DNA from: Chrysomallon squamiferum
Taxonomy: Eukaryota; Animalia; Mollusca
Assembly (NCBI GenBank): GCA_012295275.1
Contig: CM022665.1
Span: 1,550,001-1,614,000, forward strand
Length of the DNA stretch: 64,000 nt
Reading direction: 5' to 3'
Shown here: piece by piece, positions 47,001-63,000 of the stretch
Layout of the letters: every line of letters begins with the position of its first letter
Position numbering within the stretch: the first letter of the stretch is position 1
Translations under genes and position numbers: made by a program
Notes under the pieces: model-generated
Seen by the model: the letters and a program-made list of their open reading frames with translations, nothing else
Database searches by the model: none
Told to the model about the DNA's origin: nothing

Positions 47001-50000
47001 ATTAATTAATAGATATATCTAATAATTTTCTGTTGTAATTATCCCTACAAAGACTTTAATTAAAAGAGAAAGATTACTAGATCAAAAAAAAAAAAGAAAA
47101 AATTTAAATCACATATTTTATGTAGTAAATAATTATTTAATGATGTGAAGCTACTTGTATGTATCAAAATCTATCAGTATAAATTTAAATTTTGTTTGTA
47201 GGTTATTTTAAATATTTAAACATTAGCTTTGAAAAAAAAATGTACCTTGTCATTTCTAGCAACTTGTGACAGGATCTGAATGAACTGGGGCAGCTTGCTG
47301 AGCTCAACCAGATTCAACCAGGTCATGTCTGAAATCCATTTCTTAGGCTTTGGCTCTACACTGTTCAGATCAAGAGCTGCACCACCTTTACAAAGAGAAA
47401 ACAAAATATTTTACTTCTTCTGAAATGTTAATTAAGAGTGAAAACAAACACCTGTCTTGAAAAATATTCACAATATATTTTATGTATTTTGTTTTACTGT
47501 CTGAAAAAATGATTTTTTTAATTATAGAATTAGCAAAGAATGTCTGAGAAAATGCTTCTCATTTCTATTATTTGTTACTCACCTTTAATAAACACATGGA
47601 ACTCTTCACGTTTCACTCTGTTGAAGGACATCTCAATTTTCAAGGTTAACAGAATGGTGTAAAGGAATTTGTCATTCTCATAAAGTCCTCTAGCTGTGTA
47701 TTTGAACACTGACAATGTAAGGTACTCAATGATGTTGTTAATACGTTTGCTAGTGATGGGGGATTTCTGAGAACGAGACATAGAAAGGTCAAAGAGTTCA
47801 AGGAACTGTTTCAGTGATGTCTGGTACATGTAGTTTACCATACTCATTTCCACTATGACAAAATACAGAATACTTCCTCGAGAAGCCACTGCAAATTAAA
47901 AAAAATAAAGACTTGTCAATAAAATACATTTCTTCAAAATATTAACAGAAAGAAAACAAAATGTAAACATTTACAAAACAAACAAAATATAAACAAAAAA
48001 GCCTGATTTATTAAATAATTATTTAAATACTGGCCTAGAGTATGACTATGTATTAGTCAGCCAGCTCTGCATTACTGGTTTGTCAAAGCCGTATTATGTG
48101 ATACCTCTCTAAATTTAAAGTTTTACGTGTATCTTTTTCTTTAAACTTAAAATTTTCAAATCTAAATGCTGACTAATTTCATTTAAAACTTACAGAACTC
48201 ATATGTTAAATTTAAAACTTGTAAATAATTCTCAAACACAAACCTGGCCTGAATTCCTCTCGTGCTGTATTGATTTTGAGTTCTGTTTCTTTAGCAATGT
48301 TGAGCTTTTCACTGACTTCTTCAGATGTGGCTTTGGTGATTCTAAGCACCTCTATCAAAGATTCATCTTCTACCAGAGAACCTTCTGTTGATGTCAGTCT
48401 GTAGAGTAAGTTATCTTCAAGTTCCTTCATCTTACGTTTGTTATTAGTGACTTCTTCCAACAAGTTGGTACGTTCTGCCTCCAGTTCCTGCAGATAATGA
48501 TTTCAAATATAAATAGATGTATTTAGGAAATTAATGTTGCTCATCAGTGTTAACATTAAAAAAAGCAAAAAAATAAAATTATGATTCTGGTGCCCGACTA
48601 AATCTGGCAACAATCAGTGTTGACAGGCAGTAAAGAAATAACAAATCACCTGTTTCTCTGTAAGAATGGCAATACCAAGCAGCTGGTCTTCAAGACCTTT
48701 CTGAGTTACTGTAAAGTCAATAATAGATGTTCTGGCAGAGACCTCTGGCGTGTAAGCAGGATTAGCAAGTTTTGTGGTGATGTATAAACGGAATCCTTTC
48801 ATCACATCTACCTCTTTGTCACCAACTATCACCTGTGAGGGACAAAATGAAATTAACTTTGATAACGTGTGTTAAATTGGAGTACTGTTGTTTTAAATAA
48901 AAATTAAAATGTCTTATTACAGATAATAACACACAGTAATGAAATATTTCTTTGTTTTTATTGTATTTTGTCCATTTTTTTTCAGATTTCTTTTTTTAAT
49001 AAAATTTATCTCATTTAACAATTAATTCCTTTTTTTTTTTTAACAAAGTCAGTAATTTTTGGTTTAATAATAAACAATATTAATTATTACTATTTTTCAT
49101 ATTTTTGATTTAATTTATTTACTTATTATTGTTTATGGCAGACAGATGTGGTAATTTTTACCTTAAATGTAGATCCTGATTTGATGAAATTCTTTTCTAG
49201 AACATTGTCTAATGCTGGATCAAGGTCCTCGCCCACATCTTCAATCAGAATTGGTCTTCCTAGTGACAACCCATCTTCCAAATGAGTTCTGAAGTATTTG
49301 TGGTTCAGAGCTGTGACCTATTAAAGAAAAAAAGTATATTACTAACAGGTAATATCATAATTAAAAACAGGAAAAGCTTGTCCTGAATAATTTAACCCAA
49401 ATGTTTAAACCTGCCATATAAATTTTACAATATATTTTACAATTATACAATTAATATTCTGTTAATTTCAGAAAATGTTAATGCCAATTAATAATTATGG
49501 TATCATAAATATAGTGTCATAAATTGTTGTTTTTATTCATTCAAGAACTTACTTGAAGGTCATTCTGAGTTTCTCTGCTTTTAATCCAGGCTTTTCCCTG
49601 TCCCTGTGGATCCACAAGAAGTGGATAACGTGCTGCTTTAGTGACAATCAGTCCATTCTGTATGGAAAGTTCATCATTTGGCAGACCTTGCAAATTCCAT
49701 TCACTGATTGTTGCATTGTCCACTAACATATTTATAATATTTAGTTCCTGAAAATAAGTCAATTCGAGTTTAGCTCAGTTTCCACTTTTTTGATCAATGA
49801 AGTGTGTACTTTCATTTTAAAAAAATGTATATCCCAGGACTGATGTATAACCATAAATCACAAAAAACTGTTTACACATATTGGACCTCATGCATGAGAC
49901 CAAGAAACTAGTGCAAGTGATAGTAGTGCAAAAATAAAACTAATCAGAAGTATGTCAGTAATGTTTAGTATCTAATAAAGAAAGGAGAAAACAGTTTATT

Positions 50001-53000
50001 ACTGATACAAAAATAAGATTATTCACAGGTCATCTAATCCATAATAGTTTTTAAATGTTTGCTGGAAATTTTTATTGTGGGATCATTTCCATAAATCAAT
50101 ATAAACAGCATTATCATATTATAAATATGTATATAACAACTTTGTTAATTTAGTGGCTTCTGAAAATGTGTTACTAAACCTAATTTCTATCTAATTTCAG
50201 TGCTAATATATATCTAATTTTTGTTTTAATCCATAAATTCTAAGTCACTGACAATAATGTGTACAATAATACCAACACTTTAAAATAAAAGAGATTCCAT
50301 ATGCATATGCTAGATGTATTCTAATGGAAGTGGTAGGCATATCAGTAATAATATGTATTTTTATCCTGAATTTTAGAATTCTGAATTCCCATTAATCTGA
50401 GAACAGTTCTAAGATGCTGGACTTTTTAAAAATTTAAATATATGGAGTACATTCAAACTTACATCACTAAATGGAATTTTTGCTTGAATCATCTCTTTCT
50501 TCCATGTCCGGATCAGAAGATTTCTGAATTCTTGATTGAAGGGACCACTGTAAGACAAGAATCCTGTGGCTAAAAGGACATCTCCCACTAAGCGTTGAAT
50601 CTGAGCTTCAAAATTACGACTTGCTTCAGTCCACCTTATCTTTTCTCCTGAAAGTCCATTAATCAGGGCTTCAGCATTGTTCATCTTGCGTCTGCAAGCT
50701 TCAGCATCATCCATCAGAGCCTGTTTTTCTGCCATTGCTGCATCAAACTGAGCCTGGACAACATCCAGCTCTCGCTGCTTTTCATCTAACTGAGCCTGAG
50801 CCTTGGCAAGATCGTTATTAGCTACCTCCAACTTGGCTTCTTGAATTGCTAGGTTAGCCTAAATTAGAAACAAAATTATTTTAACAAGGAATCACCTCTA
50901 AATATGAAAGTAATGCCACTTTAATGAAACAAATTTAAGAATTACAAGATCCAGTTTGAATTCAACCATCTTTGATAAAAAAAAAATATATATATATAAT
51001 ACATTTTTTAAAATCTTTAATTTCCTTTCCTTTGATCTCTATTAAAGTCCCATATGTAACAAACATTCAAATAAATGTCCTAAAATCTAATACTCTGTGC
51101 ATTCAACAAGAAAAATTCACTGACTTCAAAATGACTGTTTTCACACAAGTTAACATCCACTTAAAAAAACACACACCTTAAGAGGCAGGACTTCTTTATT
51201 GATGGTGAAAAAGAAGGCCATGGCTCGTGTCCATGACAACAGCCCAGCCACATCACCACAGACTTTCTTTGCTGTATCAAATGTGTAATCATCAGCTGTG
51301 ATGTATGGTTGCATTAGCTCAACCATCTCTTCATTGATTGTGTCCTATAGTAAAAAAACAAAATAAACAAAATTATTGTCTCATGTTTTATTTTTATATT
51401 TTTTTGAAGTAAGAAATAATGAAAACAGTTTACATGAAGTTTAGAATAAATATTCATTATAAGAGGTACCTATAAAATAAGACACCAAATTTTAATTTAA
51501 AGATTTTTCCATTGAACTGTTTTGGGTTTTTTCTTTTTGGTAATTTTGTTTTCTTTGTTTTCTTTCTTATTTCTTTTTTGATTTAACAAAACTATTTCAT
51601 ATAATGAGCAAATAAAAAAAATTTCAACTTATTAATGTCTACACTTTTGTAACATAAATATTATTATGACAAACCTTATTGAATGCAAGCAGATTGTTTA
51701 GGAAACCACCTGCTGACATCATCTTTGTAGCTTCACTCCAGGATGGCTTGATACATGGTTTTTCAGGATCCATCTGAACCTGGTCCAAACGTCGTCGGAA
51801 GAGAAGCAACGCCACATCCATAATACGCATGATCAAGTGTGGAGGTTTGGCCAGTTTTCTCACTGTGTAGTGATAGAAATTGTGTAATAACTAATCATAA
51901 AATTATTCTAAAATCCTCTTAAAACATTTAATAACTTTCCAAACATTTTAATTTTTAGCTATACTATCACTTGTAATCCACAGAACATCTGTTTGAATAA
52001 AAAGATTTTTAATACTATATCCAACACATTTTTAACATTTAGACATTTTTGTGTATGGGTAATTTGTTTGTTCTTAGCAGAGTTTTCTGGGGAATGGAAA
52101 ATGTGGCGGTTTCTTGCATTTTTCTTGATTAACAATAATTAAATGTAAACAAAATATGTCTAAAATTATTTATTCTCACCTAACAAATAAAACCTTGTTT
52201 TGAATATCTTAAAGTTAAATGCTGAAAGTACTGAATAGTAAAACGACTAACCTGTGGCTATATGAGCTGGTTTGATTGTTTGTAGTGCTGCTTCTGCCTC
52301 TTCAAGAGCTGGTCTCGCAGCCTCCAACTTTTCCATGGCATTACCCTTATCTGCCTGTTATACAAATAAAATATATTTAGAATAATACTAGAACTCCTCT
52401 GACCAAAATAAAACCATACTGACTTTTTAAAAATAGAAAGTATTACTGAAAACTTTGAAATATTTAAATTAAATGTTTTCTCTTCTTATCTCTTAATATA
52501 AACACATTTTAAAATGAGAATCAAATCCTGGATATATATATATATATATATATATAACTGAACTCATTTTCAACTGATAAGCAGACCATTTGATACTCAG
52601 TCCTATTTAATGTTCTGACAATCCATAAACATCCATTAAAAAAAAAAAAAATGTATCACTCTTGATAATTTCTAACTTTTGTTTAAATTTCTCTGATCAA
52701 GATGCATACCATAATTGAATCCACAATCTTTTGAGCTTTTTCTTTTACTACAAGAACTTGAGCCTTCACTTTTTCAGCTGCTTGAGCTTTCACTGTGACT
52801 TCAGCCAACACAACATCAGCTTTCTTTGATGCAACAGCCAACTCCTTTTCTTTCACCACCAGTTGTTTACTCAGTTCATTCACAGACTCTGAAGCTTCAA
52901 TCAGTTTCTTCAAACCTACACAAACAAACCATTTACTGAATTCTTTATGATACTGAAGCAAGTGACAAATAAAACTGATGTTTCAGTTGGCAATAACAAA

Positions 53001-53466
53001 ATGTCATTCTGGTTTCTTCATTTGTTCTGTTCTACAAGTAATAACATGAGCAAGTAATAGCATGTCAAAAAGAACAAATCATGATTCTTTTGTTACAAAC
53101 TAATTAAAAAGATAAATTCAGTAAGAAATACTGTTATGCCATATTTCTGATATAAAGATATTCTTTGATCAATAATGAATTAAGAAATGAAAGTAAAGAG
53201 AATGTAAACAGACATGAAAAATTATTTTTATTAAAAGAATTGAATTTGTTTGGTTTTTTGGGGTTTTTTTTTTTTTGTATTTAACTGACCAGTGTTCATT
53301 CTTGTTGCCAGATTTCCTATTTCTTCTCTCTTCTCTGAGTAGATAGATTTGTAGCCAGAAAGGAAAGAAAGGTAAGACTTTGGAGTCACATGAGTCTGAC
53401 GACGAAACCTTTGGAAATATTCTATACAGTTTTCTGCTACCAAATCCTGTGTAAATAAATAAATAA

Positions 53467-53545
<79 letters not shown>

Positions 53546-54029
53546 TAATGATAATAATAGTAATAATAACTATAAAATAAATGTTTCTTATTTACTTAAA
53601 GAAATGGCATTTAAGAATTCAGAACGTTTTATCATTAAATGTATAGCAATATAATTACAGAAAGTAGTCAAACATTCTGTGAAATAATATTTAATCCTGT
53701 AATAATATTTATTTAATTGACATTGAGCTGCAGAAGCTAAATATTTTTTTAATTATTTAAATTCTGATATCAAAAAGAATTATACCTGGAACATTCCCAT
53801 AGTGTTGACAACAGCTTGTTTCACTGCTGGAGTGCATGCAACATCATAAGAAGCCAAGAAATGGTTGGACACAGCTACAAGAGCATCTTTGGGCCAGCGC
53901 TGGAACCAGTCCATTGTACAGCCAGTAATCAATCCAGGGAATTTCAGTGACCGATTTCGGAACTTCTCACCCACCTAATAAGGAAAACAATAATAGTGAA
54001 ATATATGATTACAATCCTTTTTTTTGCTA

Positions 54030-54061
<32 letters not shown>

Positions 54062-57000
54062 TATTTTAGGGTGTGCTTAATGGGGTTTGTAAAAATGTTA
54101 CTGGTATCTATCTAAATCTTACAATTTTTATCTTGGTGATAATAATCTTTCATTTTTCTATTTTAATTAATTTGTTCTTTTCTCCCACCCCTATTCATAG
54201 ATCATGCTGGTTTTGACATCCCACAGATTTAATATTGAATCCTATTTCATCTTTGCTATCTTTATAACTTTCAAAACAATTTTATTTACTTTTAGATATA
54301 AATATTATTCTTACAGGAGAAAAGCAGAGGCAAACATGAAGGTTATCTCGAACTCTGCTCATATAATAGTCATACAGATTTTCATTGGTTGGTGGCCTTT
54401 TAGGATGCTCTACTTTCATCACAGAAATCAGTTCTTGAAGAATTTCATCCATCTCATCTCTTGGAAACAAGCCAGAAACCTGGAAAAACATTTTATTTGT
54501 TCACTTTTGAAATGTTTCATAAATTAATCTCTCACCTTAACTCTGCTACATATATTTCATTAGAAAGATTAAAAACAATGTTATGGAATATGGTTATTGA
54601 ACTTTTGTATATTAATTCATTATGCGGTTTCAAATGATATTTTTTCAGTTCCCTTAAATTTGCAATAAAAACCAAATTAATACTGAATAACCTCAAATAA
54701 ATAATTAAGAACTTCTTATAACCCTATACAATTATTTCTATATCTGAAAATTTTATGTATATATAAAATTTAAGTTTAAACAGCTAGTAAATCTGAGTTA
54801 ACATTTTTCACTTGCCTCTCCAGATGAGAGGATGTTGTTCATATACTCTAGGAATCCTTCATCTTTGATCTCATTGTCAGTGAAGAGAAATGTGATTCCC
54901 TTTCCTTGCTGTCCTGCAGTACGGTACAGAACTTTCAGATCATCTAACAAGTTCTGCACATTGTATGACCTGAGAAAAGTATTAAATAACATTAAGTAAT
55001 ATGTTCTACTCAACATGAGAAAACTATCAAGTTTCATTGCATGTGTGCTTTAGAAATGAAACCTGAAAACAAACATAACACACAAAAAAAACCAATAACA
55101 ATGAGAAAATAAGAATTATGTAAAATGTAACAAATATTTTCTTTCCATAATTTATAAATATTTATTTTTAATCCATACACTGAAACATTATTTCATTACA
55201 GGATAATGATTTTCAATTGTAAATTATAATAATCAAGTACTTTAAAATTTACATTATGACAATGAAAGTTCAAAATGTTTGATGTGTGATGAAACTGACC
55301 TGGTGAGTGTGATTTGAAAAGTCTGGTAGCCAGCAATGAAGGAAGAAAGTCGAGTCAAACTCTGTTTTCCAGAGCCACCAACACCAACCAGCAAAGCATG
55401 GCCTTTTGGAGTTCTGATGATGCGTGATATTTTCACCAAGTTGGTCATGGCATCCTAAAAAATCATTTATTTTAATTTTTCTTTTCTTTTAATTTCATTT
55501 TTAAAATTAAACAAATAATAAATGCAATTTATCAGCTGTAGTTTTGTAGTTTGTTTTGTATGATATCATCAAGAAAGTAATGTGGTCAGACTTTAATATG
55601 CTTGTTGATAATAAATAGAACTCAATAAGAAATTTTAAAATGTTTTTAGAAAAATACACACATGTAACACACAGTACAGACAATAGAAAACAAACTGGAC
55701 ACATAAAAAATGCTAAGTGCCTATTATTAAAATAATCTAATTTATTTAACACAATTTTCTTATTATTGTTAAAAACAAAAAGATAAAAAGACAAATTATT
55801 ATAAGCACAAGTCCCAGCATCAAGGAGAATTCAGCTTTTTGTCAATAAATCAACAATATGTTTCTTACGAATTAGCCAACATAGGCCCAAAAAATTTTTT
55901 TTGTTCATTGTTATGTATTATCAATTATGTAGACAAGATACATTTCAATAATCTATCAATTAAATAACTTCATCACAGTCAGAGTCATATCACTGACCAG
56001 CATTTCTTCTTTTTACTCTACAGAATATGTTAATCCAAACATACCTTGAAAAACACAAGATCCATCTTTGTACCACGGACCATTTCATTGTACTGCTCCT
56101 GATAGGACAACAGTCTCTCTGCTAGAAATTCCAAAGAAGGAATTGGCTCATAGATTTTAGGAGCATCAAGATCTGCATCGTCTCCCTCCTCACCTAGAAG
56201 TGATCATTACAAATGTATAAAATGTACTAAGATAATGAATAACTGAAATGTATTTAAAACAACTGGTTACCTAGATATTTCTAAAAAACATTTTTTGTAA
56301 GAATACTGTTCTCTATTTTATAACATAAAATCATAATCAGACAGAAACCCAATACTGAATAGTTTAATTGCGATTTTGTCAGAACTTAAAAAAACCATTT
56401 AAAGTATTTAAAATTAAATGTGTAGTAACTTCTTCCACTGATAACAAATAATAAAAAGAAATGTTTTTTCTTTTATGTGTTTACAAGTAAACACATATGC
56501 ATGCATGGATGCATACACATATACAAAAAAGATATGTGTCATTTTACAGGTAAAAGGAGTCTACCTGTAGGTTCTGGTGGTTCTCTCAAGAAATCAACAA
56601 AGTAAGATTCTGTTTGCATGTCAGAAGTCACAGCTGATCCACAGTCTTCCTCAGCCACCTGAAATATTCAAATTTTATGTATCTTTTTATTGCCTTTTTT
56701 TTTTTTTTTTTTTGAAGAGCAAGTAAAAAAATATATTCTTTAATGAAAAACAAGAAATATAGATAGATAAATAGAGAGACAGACAGCTGTATATATATGT
56801 TTAGCATACTGTATGTTTACTTTCACATCTGAATTATGTTTGAAATTAGCAATGAATAATTTACTTTTATAAGTTCCACTGTGAATGTAATGAAATTAAC
56901 CAGGAATCAACTGTGAAACTATCGTGTTATTTAGCAATCAACTAATCCTAACATAAGCATCATCTTCTGAAAATCAAAATTTTAAAAAAAATGTTTTACC

Positions 57001-60000
57001 TGCTTAATAGTTTTATCAAACCAGTCTTTGTCAGCATTTTCAGTGAATCTGTCTGCAATGACTCGTGTACATTCATGTTTCCATAGCGACATCAGCAGAC
57101 CAGAGTCGGTAATTATTTCTGAAGTTGTGTTCAACATACCCTAAAATTATAAATTGTGCTTTTTATATAATAAAATTTATAAATATCAACTTTGTAAAGA
57201 ATAAAATCAAAGCATTCAGATTAAGTGTTCTATTTCTGAAGTATATTTTGTACATATTAAATAAAATCAAAATGAAAGTAATGTTTTATATATATATTAA
57301 ATTAACAAAAACAAGATGTCATAAAATATCATCAGATGTTTTTTCAAAGAAACATGATGCTATGCATTAAAAAGTTTCATTATAAAAAATTCATTAATCC
57401 TTAAAAAAAAAAAAAAATGTATACATCTTTACTTATTGCTCTTCATATGTATCGTTGTTTAACAATAATTATAATAATAATTAATAAATTTAACAACTAA
57501 CCTGCCAAATTCTGCTGAGATCTCTCAAGTTGAATACATAATGGAATTTTGCTGGAGTTGGCAACATTTTAATTTTAACTTTCTGCCAAAGTTTTCTGGT
57601 AGCTGCGATAAGACTTTTTGTGAGTTCTGTCACTTCTTCAATGAAACCTCTTTCCTGTAAATATATATTTATTTCAAATATTTAATTATTACATATTTGC
57701 CTTCAAAACCTTCACATTAAAACTTCAGCAGAAGATATTTTAAATGATTTTATGTGTTTATGTTGAAATTTGAATGCTATTAACTGTTCATTTTCCAATT
57801 TCTGAAAACTATGCCTATAATGTGAACAAATCAGAAAGAATTTATTTAGTGGATATATTGTTAATCGCCAAACAAAATTTCACTTTAGGTTTATTATAAT
57901 TATAATCTGCTGTCCAAAGCATTAACAAACACAAATTTACCCAAATTATTTAGGAAAAGATTATTTAGCAAATGATTATGAAACAATGCTTTCAGGTATT
58001 TAAATAATGTATTAGCTCTAATTTAATATTACTTAATGTCATAAAAAGTTTTTAAAAAGGAGGAAATCACTAGGTACCGGAACAAAGTGACCACAGCCAA
58101 TGGTTCTGAAGATTTTGTCAATAGAATTGTTGGATGGCAGTGTACAGTTGAAGATGTTGAATCCTCTCTTGAGACGTTGTGGTATGTCATTTCTTCCTCC
58201 TCCTGGATGAATCATAGCAGCAATGATCTGAATGTCCACTATGTTGGTGAATTCTCCAGGTTTTTCCAAGTTGTAGAATCCCTTGTATTCCATCATCTGT
58301 CTTGTTATCTCATTGGTTACCTATTTAATAATCATAATTTCTCATCATTCAACCTTTCACTTTCAAAGCTAATAACAGTTTTGCAATATGAAAAAAAAAT
58401 ATGTAAAAATTAAAAAAAAGGAAAACTAAAAAATATGGTAAAGCAAAGGGCTGAACTGTTCGTAATTATTTTAATTTTATGCCTTCTAATGCATAAATAT
58501 TCTTTTTGTTTTCCATTTTTCATTTTATTTTGTTATTATTAAACAGTATGGTGAAAATTAACACATAAAAATATATTTAGCACAGTAAGACTGCCACGAT
58601 ATCTTTTTTTCCCATAAGGAATACAAAATTTTGGTTTATTTTCAACTTGACTTTTTGTTACATGCTTGTAGATGAAATAAAATGTTAAAATTTTGTTTCA
58701 GATTTTATTATGTTTTTTAAGAAAACTGTACCTGATCTCCCCATTCATTGATGACTGGCATGTTGATGTCATCAATGAAAACGGTCATCTTACGTCCAGC
58801 TGGTGGTCCATAGGTTGTACCCATCCGTTTATCAACAAAACTTTCAATGGTCCTCTGGTTAATAAGAAAACATATGAAACAATTAAATAACTATAGAGGA
58901 ATTGGTTTAAACCTTTGGACTGAAATATTAATCACAAACACATGGAACACAAAGCTAAAAAAAAAAAAACCCAAACCATTAGTTAAAAACATGAAAAATT
59001 ATGAAAGGTTAAAACCACCAAAAGCAAGTTATCTTTTGTCAAAATTGCAGGCTATAAATATTATTTATTTTTCACCTGGAACAGGAGAGGTGTGGATGCA
59101 CTGGAGAAGTTGAAACTTTTGAAGAGATGGACTTCAGGGTCTTGCTTGCCACAGTAGCCCTGCACCATAACAGTTTTGCAGTTCCCTGTTCTCCTATCAA
59201 CAAAACAGCTTTGGCTTGTTTGGCTATTATGTCTATGAGAAAGTCTGTCCTGACATTGTCAACATTGGGAACAAGAATTGAATGGTATTCTGGAGTATGG
59301 TCAGTTGGGTATGAATAATCAGGCACCTGAATCATAAACAAATCGTAATTTTATTGCAGACCTACTTAAGCTACAGATACCATTAAAGTAGGTTATTATT
59401 CTAGAAGGAAAGTGAAAAATTAAGAAACTGTTGAAAAATATTTAAAAACATTTTGTATTTAGTATTTAGATATACAAGTGATAACTGAATGAAGTTTACA
59501 ATATACATTTATGTAAAATTTATTTAAATTTGAAAAAATGAAAATTTAAATATTAAATGAAGAATTTTTGCTTAAATAAAAGGAAACAATATGTCATTTA
59601 AAAATATTTCCTTTTCTTGAATTAAACAGTTTTAAAAATGTTATTTACCCGATCTGCCCAGTGCTGCCACTGGCCAGCTTCTGACACTACAAACTCATAG
59701 AAAGTATTGTCTGCATCATACGGAGGTAGGGGCAAATTCAAGTCGGTATTCAACTGTATAAACTGTTCTTCCAACTGAAATTAGAAACAAAAATATTTGT
59801 TATTTGTGAATTCCCATTCACCATTTTGTAATCTAAATAAAACGTAATTTAATGGTATAGCTATAAATAACTTGTGATAACTCTACAGCCATTTCCTGAA
59901 TCAAACTGATAAGAAATTTAGAAAATAGAGATATAGTGAAAGAAGGATATGCAAGTTATTTGCTTTATTAAAAACAAGTTTTATTCACATATTTTCTAAT

Positions 60001-63000
60001 TAACTGAACCTTTGAATCAAAATTTCACTGTAAGAAAATTTCAAAACAGCAGATATGAAGACATTTCCACACAGGTATATATTTTCTTTTTTCTTCCTTT
60101 TTTTTTCTTTTAATTGTATCAAATGAATTTGTAGTTATATTTTGCAGCACCTTTTCCTATAAGAATCTTGCTATCATCCAAAACAAAAATGTAGATATAT
60201 TATTCTTGAACTTAAATTTAATGTGTTTTTTCATATTTTTTATTTTACAATATACTGGTCATTCTTAAAACCAAATACTAATTTTGCAACAACCACCTTT
60301 TACTGTGGATTCTCGACTTTTTAACCTTGTAAACCTTTGGGCTAGCATTAAAAAAAGTTAAGGTTAAGGTTTCAATATCAAGTTATTTTATGTCTTAACC
60401 ATAACAGATATATATTTTCACACTTAACACCAACCTTTAGCCTGTCATCCAGTTCTAACAATGCTCCAAGTGACCACATCATGGCAAATATGATGAGCCT
60501 GACAAGATGTTCCCGAGCCAAGTCTTTACCTTCCTCTCCTTTAGGTATCAGACCTTCCAGCAGATCTGTGGCCTGGCGAATGTAACTGCATTCCAAAACC
60601 TGCAAACAGATTTAAGTGTTGTGAAATTCATTTCTTCTGCAGGTTGTATTTATCATTGTCATTTTAAGTTTAAAAAACAATAAAAATATTTTATATGTTA
60701 TGTTTTTCAGTTAAATTTTAATAAATGTCTCACAAAACTGAATGCAGTCCAATTTAGTTATAAAAACCAAAATTGTACTGTTTATATTTTTGTTTAACTT
60801 CTGATTTAGTTTAAAATTAATATGATATTTTTTTAACTGATGTCCGTGAAAAATAACTTAATATAAATTACCTGCATCTTTGGTAAGAGTGCCTGCTCCA
60901 GATACATAAACAGCTGTGGGAAAAGGCTGGTAAAGATGTCCAAGATAATGTCAGCCTGATTGGAAGGACGCTCATGAAGCCAGCCTGCAGAGTGATAAAT
61001 AATTTAAATATTTAACCTTGATTAGAAGACAGTGTTATAATATATATGATAGTCCTTATCCCCATCATAATATATTACTTTTATTAAACTTATTAGTATT
61101 ATTAATCTATATAATTATTTTTGAAGTTTATGGAGAACTGCTGACCTGTTCCACAATAATAACTATTTAAAATCCCACTGAAAGTCAGAAAATTTCTTAA
61201 AGATACAACATTTTGTATAAATAAAAGAATAATACATTAATTGTGTTATTCAAAAAATCAAATTTAAAAATTAAGAAAAATAAAGAAAACATAAAATATT
61301 GCAAATCACTTAATAAAACAAAATAATTCATTTGTCTTTAAATAATAAAATTATTTTCTTTAGGAATTAAGTGTTGATCAATCTTTTTTTATATATAAAA
61401 AATTTCTGAAAAGTCAATGTGAGTACTTAAAGAGAATTGTGTTCTACCATTCTAAATGCATTTAGATTAATAACAAACACTAACCTCTTAGTATGGGCTC
61501 CCAGTCAAGAATGGAACTACTCATGAAAACCATACCATTCCTTGATACTGTGGCAGGTGATGCATTGTCAATATTGTGGACCTCAAAGATGATTTTACAG
61601 TTTGGAGCCATTGGTATACGATCACCATTGGCTAGAGTCAGTGTTTTGTTATCATCAAGGACAGAGTTCAAGTTCTCAATCCAAATGGCATCAACAGGTC
61701 CATCCAGAATCAACCACACATGTTCACCCTTGAAATATAAAAAAATAATATTGAACAACCTTAGTTTATGACACACCCTGGGGTCTGGACAGGTCCAATT
61801 GGTGCACCATCCTGACTACATTTTACCACTGTTTTCGTTTAGTTAATACACTGAATGAAATCTGGTTTACTTATTTCTGGCTTCTAACAATAAAACCATA
61901 GAATTAATTTGTATTAATTATGCACGACCATACAAGAACTGCATAAAAGTACTATAAAAGTATTTTCTGTTGTATGCAGTGGATCCTCTAAACCATGAGG
62001 CAGTATCCAAGTAAATAAATGACATGGTTTTTTATTTGCTTTAACATTGCTTACATTTTAAGTGATTTTTTATCTTCTTTCATTCTAAATGAAATTCTGT
62101 TTATAAATACCTTTTTTGTTTTATGAGTTCTTCTCCAGAGTGTTGAGAAGATTCCATCAGTCCAGTCATTGGTTGCCACATCCAGACGGCCAAACATTTG
62201 TGGTGCAGTTATAGCTTTAGGATTCATCCTCATCTCTTTATGTGGAACACCACACTCAGTCATTGCCTTCATCAGAGTTTGAATACATTTTGTTTTGCCA
62301 GCACCTGTTGGCCCAAGAGCCATCATTCCATGACGTACACACTGAGTCTCATACAACTGAATCAGCTTCAATATCCAAGGCTTATGCTGAATAAGTCCTG
62401 CAGCATCAATCTGCACAACAAAAACAAAATATAGAATGAATAAAAATTTGGAAATGACACCACTTCAAACTGCTGTTCATAAATTTAACACCACTTTGAT
62501 GTCAAATACTTTTGTGTATTATTATTAAAATGGTAAAATAATTAACACTTTATCATTTATACTATTAAGATAACATTTACAAAATTAAAAGTGAATATTT
62601 TTGGTATAGTTAGAATTGTGGTGAGTATTTGTTGTTTTTAATCATCAATGAATAACATGTTTTGGGAACCAAAGAAAGTACATTCTTTTAAGCATATTAA
62701 CAGAAATGATTTCAGTAATGCAGTAACAGGATCAGTATATTTATTTATTAACCTGGTGATCTATAGCAGCTTCCATTTCTGGGTAGCCAGCCTTATCAAG
62801 TGTCATGCCAGGGAAAAGATCATCAATCAGAGACATGAAAAGTGGCTCATCTTCATCCACCTGCAAGTAAACAGCTAATTACATACCCTTTCAAAAACCA
62901 TTTTACAAAATTTAATATAATAGATATAGGTACATATAAAATATCAGAATCTGCTAACAGCTAAATAATTTACACTATCACTAGTCAAGGCAAGTATTTT

